From an uncultured Clostridia bacterium (GTDB taxonomy: Bacteria > Bacillota > Clostridia > TANB77 > CAG-508): a stretch of 53,117 nucleotides of DNA. Under the pieces are notes generated by a model. That model ran no database searches. It was not told the DNA's origin and saw only the letters and a list, made by a program, of their open reading frames with translations. Where the stretch lies: assembly GCA_944393485.1 (NCBI GenBank), contig CALYAJ010000003.1, positions 1 to 53,117 on the forward strand, in the 5' to 3' direction. The number at the start of each line of letters is the position of its first letter. The first letter of the stretch is position 1. The translations under genes were made by a program, and so were the position numbers. Positions 19,632-27,201 of the stretch are shown here, one piece after another.

Positions 19632-20432
19632 GTGGAGGTAATGGAAAACAATAAAAATACACAACTTAAATTAAATAGCAATGGAAAAATTTTTATTTAT
19701 AGAATAGTTGTAGCAATTGTATTTTTGATTAGTATACTATTAGTATATGGTTTAAATAATTTATCTAATAGTAAGGAGTCAATGGCTATGCAAATTAATA
19801 GTAATTCATTAAATGCTACTACAACAGAAAAAACAGAAGAAAAGATACCTTCAGAAGAAAGTCAAAGAAAATTACAAGATTGGAAATTAATGTTAGTAAA
19901 TTATGAAAATGAAATGCCAAAAGATTATGTGCCAAAGCTTAGTGTACTAGAAGATGATAAAAAGTTTGACTCTAGAGCAATAAGTGGTTTAATTAAGATG
20001 CTAGAAGATATGCAATCTGATGGAATAACTAAAATATGGGCACAATCTACATATAGAGATCCAACCAAGCAAGATAAGCTTATAAAAGAAAGTATACAAG
20101 AATATTTAGAACAAGGTAAGACACAGGAAGAAGCAGAAACACTAACAGCAAGATCTATTGGAGAGCCATATAAAAGTGAACACAACCTAGGGCTTGCAGT
20201 AGATTTTAACTATGTGGATTATTCATTTGAAGATGAACCAGCTTTTAAATGGCTTATGAAACATGCACAAGATTATGGCTTTATTTTAAGATATCCAGAA
20301 GATAAGGAAGAAATTACAAAAATAAAATATGAGCCTTGGCATTGGAGATATGTAGGAACAGAATATGCAAAAGAAATAAAAGAAATGGGAGTTTGTTTAG
20401 AAGAATACATAGAATACTTAAAAAATAATTAA
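19632..20432 (+). CDS. M15B family (VanY/LdcB-like) peptidoglycan carboxypeptidase
   Basis: STYR, SEHNLGLAVD and YEPWHWRYVG zinc motifs; N-terminal TM helix. Confidence 0.92.
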   Translation: MEVMENNKNTQLKLNSNGKIFIYRIVVAIVFLISILLVYGLNNLSNSKESMAMQINSNSLNATTTEKTEEKIPSEESQRKLQDWKLMLVNYENEMPKDYVPKLSVLEDDKKFDSRAISGLIKMLEDMQSDGITKIWAQSTYRDPTKQDKLIKESIQEYLEQGKTQEEAETLTARSIGEPYKSEHNLGLAVDFNYVDYSFEDEPAFKWLMKHAQDYGFILRYPEDKEEITKIKYEPWHWRYVGTEYAKEIKEMGVCLEEYIEYLKNN

Positions 20433-20447
20433 TAGAGAAATAGGGAT

Positions 20448-20478
20448 ATAGGGATGGTTCTAAAATCCCTATTTTTTT
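20448..20478 (+). terminator. Intrinsic terminator
   Basis: ATAGGGAT ... ATCCCTAT followed by T run. Confidence 0.75.
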
Positions 20479-20617
20479 GTGTTAAAAAAAAAGAAGCGAC
20501 AATAACTATGAGAAGAAAAACAATGGTTATACAAGTTGGGTGTTATATTAAATAATTCTATTTATAAGTATAAGTTTAAATAATATTAAATATTAGAAAA
20601 GATAATGCAAACCTACA

Positions 20618-20646
20618 TTGAAAAATTATGTAAATCATGGTAAAAT
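20618..20646 (+). promoter_or_regulatory. Sigma-A promoter with extended -10
   Basis: TTGAAA, 17 bp, TG-N-TAAAAT. Confidence 0.7.
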
Positions 20647-20740
20647 ATAAATAGGTTGTCTTGTTGTTTAATCTCTTTTATCTGGCTAATGCCAGTTTAC
20701 ATATATTTAATAACATCTAAGGAAAGAGGAGGATTTTGAT

Positions 20741-21121
20741 ATGTTAATATTAGCAATTTATTTTGTTATCGGTGAGTGTATGCCTTTTGTTGTAGCAAAC
20801 CTGTTACAGGTAGTCGCTTCAACAGGAGTGCTCATTGTTGTAATAATTGGAATCCTTATGGCAATGTCTTCTTTAACAAGAAGAAATTTGACACGGGGAT
20901 TTGCTAGTGGAATAATTAGTGGAATCTGGCAAGGCATTGTATTTTGCTGGAATCTACTAATAGGTGCCATTGCAGGAATACTGCAATGGACATCAATGAT
21001 TGCTCCACTGGTTTATAGAAGGTCGAGAGGATTCTTCATAAATCAGTGCGGAATGTCACAGAGATTTGCATCTATATGTGCATTCCTAGTGGCAGGCGGA
21101 GTGGTGATAGTAATCATATAG
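20741..21121 (+). CDS. Orphan hydrophobic membrane protein (126 aa)
   Basis: AGGAGG RBS; 3-4 Gly-rich hydrophobic segments, very few acidic residues; GC-richer than neighbours. Confidence 0.8.
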   Translation: MLILAIYFVIGECMPFVVANLLQVVASTGVLIVVIIGILMAMSSLTRRNLTRGFASGIISGIWQGIVFCWNLLIGAIAGILQWTSMIAPLVYRRSRGFFINQCGMSQRFASICAFLVAGGVVIVII

Positions 21122-21155
21122 CCACGAGCCACAAGACACCTAGATAAGAAACTAG

Positions 21156-21181
21156 GCAGTGAGATAATCACTGCTTTTTTC
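21156..21181 (+). terminator. Intrinsic terminator
   Basis: GCAGTGA-GATAA-TCACTGC followed by T run. Confidence 0.85.
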
Positions 21182-21219
21182 TTGTTGTATAGGAAAAATC
21201 ACTTTTTCCTATACAACAA
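21182..21219. repeat. Perfect 17-bp inverted repeat with 4-nt loop
   Basis: TTGTTGTATAGGAAAAA-TCAC-TTTTTCCTATACAACAA. Confidence 0.9.
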
Positions 21220-21322
21220 AAATAATAAAAACTTACAAAAAAATTAAATATATGTTTGATATAAAAAAATATTTATGATACAATAACCAATGTGCTAAAA
21301 AGAGAAAGGAGAAATAGAAGAA

Positions 21323-23074
21323 ATGATTAAAGAACTAGCAAAATACATCAAACAGTACAAGAAATATGCAATTTTGACACCATTTATGGTTGTTTTAGAA
21401 ATTGTAATGGAGGTAGTAATACCATATCTTATGGCAAGAATAATTGACGTAGGAATTCAAAACAATGATCTAGATTATATTATTAGAATTGGAATCATGT
21501 TAGTAATTTCTGCAATAATGTCTTTAATTTTTGGTGTACTTTCAGGAAGATTTGCAGCTATGGCATCTGCTGGATTTGCTAAAAACTTAAGACAAGGAAT
21601 GTTTTATAATATTCAAAACTATTCATTTACAAATATAGACAAATTTTCTACATCAAGTTTAGTAACAAGACTAACAACAGATGTAACAAATGTTCAAAAT
21701 GCTTTTCAAATGATAATAAGAGCATTAGTAAGAGGACCTGTAATGATAGTATTTGCTTTAATTATGGCATTTTCTATTAATAAAGAACTATCATTAGTAT
21801 ATGTAGCAACAATGATACCACTTGCAATATTATTAGCATTTATTTCTATTAAAGCACATCCATATTTTGAAAAAGTATTTAAAAAATATGATGAATTAAA
21901 CAGAGTTGTTGGAGAAAACTTAAATGCAATAAGAGTTGTTAAATCTTTTGCTACAGAAGATTTTGAAGAGAAAAAATTCGGGGACGTTAATTCTTTAGTA
22001 TATAAATTATTCAAAAAAGCAGAAAAAATAGTTACATTTAATAGCCCACTTATGCAAATAGCAATTTATGGTTGTATATTGCTATTATCATGGCTTGGAG
22101 CACAAACAATCGTAGGTGGAGGAATGCAAACAGGACAGCTATCAAGTTTAATTACATATGCATGGCAAATATTATCAAGTTTAATGATGCTTTCTATGGT
22201 ATTAGTTATGATAATTATTGCTCAATCTTCAGCAGAAAGAATTGTTGAAGTATTAACAGAAGACCCAACAATTAAGAATAGAGAAAAAACAATAAAAGAA
22301 ATAAAAGACGGAAGTATAGAATTTATAGATGTGGATTTCCAATATGATGATGCAAAAGCAAATGAAATGCTTCCACTAGAAGATATTAATTTAAAAATTA
22401 ATTCTGGAGAAATAATTGGAATTATAGGAGGAACAGGAAGTTCAAAAACATCTTTAGTGAATTTAATTCCAAGATTATATGATGTAAAATCTGGATTTGT
22501 AAAAGTTGGAGGAGTAGATGTTAGAGACTACGACTTAGAGACTTTAAGAAACGGAGTTGCAATGGTTTTACAGAAGAATGTATTATTCTCTGGAACAATT
22601 GCAGAAAATTTAAGATGGGGAAATGAAAATGCTACAGATGAAGAATTAGTAAGAGCTTGTAAATTAGCTCAAGCAGATAGCTTTATCCAAGAATTACCAG
22701 ATAAGTATGAAACAGTTTTAGATCAAGGTGGAACAAATGTATCTGGAGGTCAAAAACAAAGAATTTGTATTGCAAGAGCATTACTTAAAAAACCAAAAAT
22801 ATTAATTCTAGATGATTCTACAAGTGCAGTTGATACAAAAACAGATGCGCTTATAAGAAAAGCTTTTAGAGAAGAAATTCCAGATACAACTAAGATAATA
22901 ATTGCACAAAGAATAAGTTCAATAGTAGATGCAGACAAAATAATAGTTATGGATAATGGTAGAATAGATGGAATAGGAACATCAGACGAATTACTAAAAA
23001 CAAATAAAATATACCAAGAAGTATATGAATCTCAAATGGGAGGAGATGATGCTGACGATGAAAAACAAGACTAA
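21323..23074 (+). CDS. Heterodimeric ABC exporter subunit with degenerate ATP site (TM287-like)
   Basis: TMD plus NBD; Walker A GGTGSSKT, VSGGQ, Walker B ILILDD, switch AQR. Confidence 0.95.
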   Translation: MIKELAKYIKQYKKYAILTPFMVVLEIVMEVVIPYLMARIIDVGIQNNDLDYIIRIGIMLVISAIMSLIFGVLSGRFAAMASAGFAKNLRQGMFYNIQNYSFTNIDKFSTSSLVTRLTTDVTNVQNAFQMIIRALVRGPVMIVFALIMAFSINKELSLVYVATMIPLAILLAFISIKAHPYFEKVFKKYDELNRVVGENLNAIRVVKSFATEDFEEKKFGDVNSLVYKLFKKAEKIVTFNSPLMQIAIYGCILLLSWLGAQTIVGGGMQTGQLSSLITYAWQILSSLMMLSMVLVMIIIAQSSAERIVEVLTEDPTIKNREKTIKEIKDGSIEFIDVDFQYDDAKANEMLPLEDINLKINSGEIIGIIGGTGSSKTSLVNLIPRLYDVKSGFVKVGGVDVRDYDLETLRNGVAMVLQKNVLFSGTIAENLRWGNENATDEELVRACKLAQADSFIQELPDKYETVLDQGGTNVSGGQKQRICIARALLKKPKILILDDSTSAVDTKTDALIRKAFREEIPDTTKIIIAQRISSIVDADKIIVMDNGRIDGIGTSDELLKTNKIYQEVYESQMGGDDADDEKQD

Positions 23075-24917
23075 AAAAGCAAATACATTAAAAAGACTAC
23101 TAAAATATGCATTAAGTGATTATAAAGGACAATTTGTAGTTGTAATAATTAGTATTATAATAAGCGCAGCAGCAAGTGTAATTGGAATACAATTTATCCA
23201 AACATTAATAGATGAATATATTACACCACTTATAGGAAATCAAAATCCAAACTATGCATCATTATTACAGGCTATTTTAATGATGGGATTAGTTTATCTT
23301 GTAGGTATTATTGGTACATATGTTTACAATAGATTAATGATTAATATAACACAAGGAACTTTAAAGAAAATAAGAACAGAAATGTTTGAACATATGCAAA
23401 GATTACCAATAGGTTACTTTGATAGTCATAGTCATGGTGAAACCATGAGTACTTATACAAATGATGTTGATACATTAAGACAAGCATTAAGTCAAAGTAT
23501 TCCTCAAGTATTTTCTTGTATAGTTTCTATGGTTGCAGTATTTATAGGAATGATTACAACAAATATATATTTAACCGGAATTGTTTTATTAATGGTAGTT
23601 ATAATGGTAATAGTTTCAAGATTTTTTGCTAAGAACAGTTCAAAATACTTTATAGGTCAACAAGAAAATATTGGTAAAGTCGACGGATACATAGAAGAAA
23701 TGATGAATGGTCAAAAAGTTGTAAAAGTATTCTGCTATGAAGATAGATCAAAGGAAAGATTTGATAAATTAAATGAAGCGTTATTTCAAAGTAGTACAAA
23801 AGCCAATTCTTATGCAAATACACTAATGCCTTGCATTATGAATATAGGAAATATTGGATATGTTTTAGTTGCAGTCGTAGGTGGTATTCTAGCAGTTAAT
23901 GGATTATTAACAGTAGGTAGTATTGCAGCATTTTTACAATATATAAAAGCATTTACAAACCCACTAGCACAAGTTTCACAACAATTAAACTTTGTTGCAA
24001 TGGCATTAGCTGGAGCTGAAAGAATATTTAAATTAATTGATGAACCAGTAGAAGAAGATAATGGATATGTTACATTAGTAAATGCTAAAGAAGTAGACGG
24101 AAAAATAGTAGAATCAGAAGAAAGAACAGGTTTATGGGCATGGAAACATCCACATGGTGATGGAACAGTAACATATACTAAATTATGTGGAAATGTAGAA
24201 TTTGAAAATGTTACTTTTGGATATGTACCTAATAAAGTAATTTTACATGATATAAGCCTTGATGCAAAAGAAGGACAAAAAGTTTCTTTTGTTGGACCTA
24301 CAGGTGCTGGTAAAACTACAATTACAAACTTAATAAATCGTTTTTATGATATTAATGAAGGTAAAATCAGATATGATGGAATTAATATAAATAAAATGAA
24401 AAAAGATGATTTAAGAAGATCATTAGGAATGGTTTTACAAGATACACATCTATTTACTGGAACAATAAAAGATAATATTAAGTATGGTAAAATGGATGCA
24501 ACAGACGAAGAAGTAATTGCAGCAGCAAAACTTGCAAATGCAGATAGATTTATAAGACATTTACCACATGCATATGATACAATGATTTCTGGTGATGGAG
24601 AAGGATTATCACAAGGACAAAGACAACTCTTAGCAATAGCAAGAGCAGCATTATACAATCCACCAGTATTAATACTAGATGAAGCAACTTCAAGTATAGA
24701 TACAAGAACAGAAAAAATTGTTCAAGATGGTATGGATAAACTTATGAAAGGAAGAACAGTATTTGTAATAGCACATAGACTTTCTACAATTAAAAATTCT
24801 GATTTAATAATGGTATTAGATCATGGAAATATTATAGAAAGAGGAAATCATGACGAATTATTAGCTAAAAAAGGAATGTACTATGGTCTATATACAGGAG
24901 CAATAGAAATAGAATAG
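23049..24917 (+). CDS. Heterodimeric ABC exporter subunit with consensus ATP site (TM288-like)
   Basis: GPTGAGKT, LSQGQ, LILDEAT, AHRL; overlaps partner; exact start (23046/23049/23058) uncertain. Confidence 0.95.
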   Translation: MLTMKNKTKKANTLKRLLKYALSDYKGQFVVVIISIIISAAASVIGIQFIQTLIDEYITPLIGNQNPNYASLLQAILMMGLVYLVGIIGTYVYNRLMINITQGTLKKIRTEMFEHMQRLPIGYFDSHSHGETMSTYTNDVDTLRQALSQSIPQVFSCIVSMVAVFIGMITTNIYLTGIVLLMVVIMVIVSRFFAKNSSKYFIGQQENIGKVDGYIEEMMNGQKVVKVFCYEDRSKERFDKLNEALFQSSTKANSYANTLMPCIMNIGNIGYVLVAVVGGILAVNGLLTVGSIAAFLQYIKAFTNPLAQVSQQLNFVAMALAGAERIFKLIDEPVEEDNGYVTLVNAKEVDGKIVESEERTGLWAWKHPHGDGTVTYTKLCGNVEFENVTFGYVPNKVILHDISLDAKEGQKVSFVGPTGAGKTTITNLINRFYDINEGKIRYDGININKMKKDDLRRSLGMVLQDTHLFTGTIKDNIKYGKMDATDEEVIAAAKLANADRFIRHLPHAYDTMISGDGEGLSQGQRQLLAIARAALYNPPVLILDEATSSIDTRTEKIVQDGMDKLMKGRTVFVIAHRLSTIKNSDLIMVLDHGNIIERGNHDELLAKKGMYYGLYTGAIEIE

Positions 24918-24921
24918 AACT

Positions 24922-24962
24922 AAAAAGAGGGAAACGGGGCTGGTTCGTTATCCTTCTTTTTT
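24922..24962 (+). terminator. Imperfect intrinsic terminator
   Basis: AAAAAGAGGGAAACG ... CGTTATCCTTCTTTTTT. Confidence 0.6.
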
Positions 24963-25003
24963 CATCTGTATAGAGCGATTTTCGAAACGTCTCTATTTCC
25001 AGA

Positions 25004-25032
25004 TTGACAAAAAAAATTAATTAAGATATTAT
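25004..25032 (+). promoter_or_regulatory. Sigma-A promoter
   Basis: TTGACA, 17 bp, TATTAT. Confidence 0.7.
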
Positions 25033-25093
25033 ATAAATAGGCATTATGGAAATAATTTATACAGAAATAATATAATATATAGGAGGTATAATT

Positions 25094-25486
25094 ATGGATG
25101 AAGAAAAAAATATAGACCAAGAAATTAATGTAGCAAATGAGGTTGTAGCAACAATAGCAGGAATGGCAGTTTCAAAAGTTGACGGTGTTGCTAAAATGGC
25201 AGGTGGTTTTACTGAAGGTTTAAAAGCTATAAGTGGTAAAAAACAAATGTCAAGAGGAATAAAAGTAGAAGCTGAAGGAGAAAATGTAAGAATAGAAATA
25301 AACATTATTGTAAGATATGGCGTAAATATAAAAGAAGTTGGACAAAATATTCAAGCAAAAGTAAAAGAAGAAGTAGAAAATATGACAGGAAATAAAGTCG
25401 AAAAAATTGTAGTAAATGTTCAAGGTGTAAAAGTTGACGATGATGATGATAAAAATGATAAAATAGATAATGAGGTGGAGGAATAA
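25094..25486 (+). CDS. Asp23/Gls24 family envelope stress protein
   Basis: VANEVVATIAG...VDGV...GIKVE...VRYG...IQAKVKEEVENMTG...VVNVQGV. Confidence 0.93.
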   Translation: MDEEKNIDQEINVANEVVATIAGMAVSKVDGVAKMAGGFTEGLKAISGKKQMSRGIKVEAEGENVRIEINIIVRYGVNIKEVGQNIQAKVKEEVENMTGNKVEKIVVNVQGVKVDDDDDKNDKIDNEVEE

Positions 25487-25490
25487 TATT

Positions 25491-26027
25491 ATGAATTCAA
25501 TAAAAGATTTATTGAAGCAATCAGGAATGACCAATATTATAGTTTCTATTATATTTGGTATTTTTGGAGTAATATTATGTATTTTTCACGAACCAGCAAT
25601 GAAATTAATTTCTTGCTTAATTGGTTTACTGTTTTTAGTAGTTGGATTAGCTAGAATAGTAAATTATATAAAAGGCAGAGGAAGAGATGAATATCTAAAT
25701 GGGGATTTACTAATAGGAGTAATATTATCTGTATTTGGAATTGTTGCAATAGTATATATAAATACAATTGGAATGATTTTAAGAACAATAGTAGCAATAT
25801 GGATAATATATGCTGGAATTAGTAAGACATATTTATCATTAAAATTAAAAAATTTGGGAGCATCTGCCTGGATAGTAAGCTTAGTGTTATCAATAATAAT
25901 GATAATATTTGGAATATATATATTATTTAACACTGGAGCAATTATCACATTAATAGGAGCTATAATGATAGCATATGCAATTATAGATATAATAGAAAAT
26001 ATTATATTTATTAGAAAATTGAACTAA
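25491..26027 (+). CDS. HdeD/DUF308 family membrane protein
   Basis: Six TM helices in two repeated halves; GGAGG RBS before ATG 25491. Confidence 0.85.
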   Translation: MNSIKDLLKQSGMTNIIVSIIFGIFGVILCIFHEPAMKLISCLIGLLFLVVGLARIVNYIKGRGRDEYLNGDLLIGVILSVFGIVAIVYINTIGMILRTIVAIWIIYAGISKTYLSLKLKNLGASAWIVSLVLSIIMIIFGIYILFNTGAIITLIGAIMIAYAIIDIIENIIFIRKLN

Positions 26028-26055
26028 ATTAATTAATCTATAAATAATCATAAAA

Positions 26056-26094
26056 GAAAAATCGCTAGAAAAGTTATATTTCTAGCGATTTTTT
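26056..26094 (+). terminator. Intrinsic terminator
   Basis: AAAAATCGCTAGAAA ... TTTCTAGCGATTTTT. Confidence 0.85.
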
Positions 26095-26205
26095 GCGGTT
26101 AAAATACAAAAATTAAATTTACAAATAAAACACATTTCGGGAATAATATGGAAATAATTTATATGTAAAATAAATGCATACTAAAAAGAAAGGAGCTGAT
26201 GCCAA

Positions 26206-26847
26206 ATAGAAAGCGAACTGATATACACAAATAAAGAAATTCAGCAAAACGAAAAATTAACAGTAAAGAGTGACATATTTAAAGAAATAATGAATATTTA
26301 CTCGCTTAGCATAGAAGAAATTAACAAAATCATAAAGGAAATGGAGGTGAAATATAAGGAATTAAATTTAATAGATCATGTTAAATGTAGAATAAAAAGC
26401 CCCAAAAGTATAGTGAATAAGATGAAAAAGAAAAAATATAATTTAACATATAAAGAAATGATTGATAAAGTTAATGATATTGCCGGAATAAGAATTATTT
26501 GCCCATTTAAAGAAAATGTTTATTTAGTAAGAAATATTTTGGTAAATAATCCTAAAATTAAGGTTTTAAATGAAAAGGATTATATTCAAAAACCTAAGAA
26601 AAGCGGTTATTCAAGCTTACATTTAATTGTAGAAATACCAGTAAAAACAGAGCTTGGAGAAATTTATGCAAAAGCTGAAATACAAATAAGAACAATGGCA
26701 ATGGACTTTTGGGCAAGTCTAGAACATGAATTAAAATATAAAAATAGTAATGTTACAAAAGCAGCATCTAAAAAATTACTAAAAGCTGCCAAAGTAATGA
26801 ATAAGCTAGATTACGAAATGTCGCTACTAGCAAATGAAATACGATAA
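26206..26847 (+). CDS. Small alarmone synthetase (RelP/RelQ-like GTP pyrophosphokinase)
   Basis: RIKSPKSI, DIAGIRII, KDYI...PKKSGYSSLH, EIQIRT...DFWASLEH; frame open from 26200; start is ATA 26206 or ATG 26290. Confidence 0.93.
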   Translation: MESELIYTNKEIQQNEKLTVKSDIFKEIMNIYSLSIEEINKIIKEMEVKYKELNLIDHVKCRIKSPKSIVNKMKKKKYNLTYKEMIDKVNDIAGIRIICPFKENVYLVRNILVNNPKIKVLNEKDYIQKPKKSGYSSLHLIVEIPVKTELGEIYAKAEIQIRTMAMDFWASLEHELKYKNSNVTKAASKKLLKAAKVMNKLDYEMSLLANEIR

Positions 26848-26886
26848 GATACGTTAAATTCCCCTTTTATTTAAATAGATATATTT

Positions 26887-26927
26887 AACCACTCTAAGAA
26901 CATAAGATTTTTAGAGTGGTTTGTTTT
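26887..26927 (+). terminator. Intrinsic terminator
   Basis: AACCACTCTAAGAA ... TTTTTAGAGTGGTT followed by TGTTTT. Confidence 0.8.
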
Positions 26928-27086
26928 ATACAATAGGAAAGTTATACTTTCCTATTGTATAAAAGTCGTTTTGCTCCAGAGGTTGCACACAATTTTACTA
27001 CGTAAAATTGGCGCAGAACAAATTTACGGAAAGCCAAAGAGAAAAAAGATAAATTTAGCACAAATATTAAGGCTTTCCAATTTGTT
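26924..27086. other. Multi-hairpin intergenic element (REP/MITE-like or ncRNA)
   Basis: 19-bp perfect IR 26924-26964; 9-bp IR 26990-27010; long-range stems 27017-27024/27079-27086 and 27028-27035/27071-27078. Confidence 0.55.
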
Positions 27087-27201
27087 TTCACTATTATTTT
27101 TTAAAATATTCTTAAAATATTTGTTTTTAGTAAAATAATATAGTATTATTATATGGTGTATGATACAATACAAAAAATTCAAAAGAGAAGGAGTGTAAAT
27201 T

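Noticed and set aside
19632-20432. Vancomycin resistance gene vanY
   Set aside because: No vanHAX or vanRS nearby; a housekeeping M15B peptidase is more likely.
24965-25004. Imperfect hairpin ATAGAGCG...CGTCTCTAT after the ABC terminator
   Set aside because: Several mismatches and no clear match to the other palindromes.
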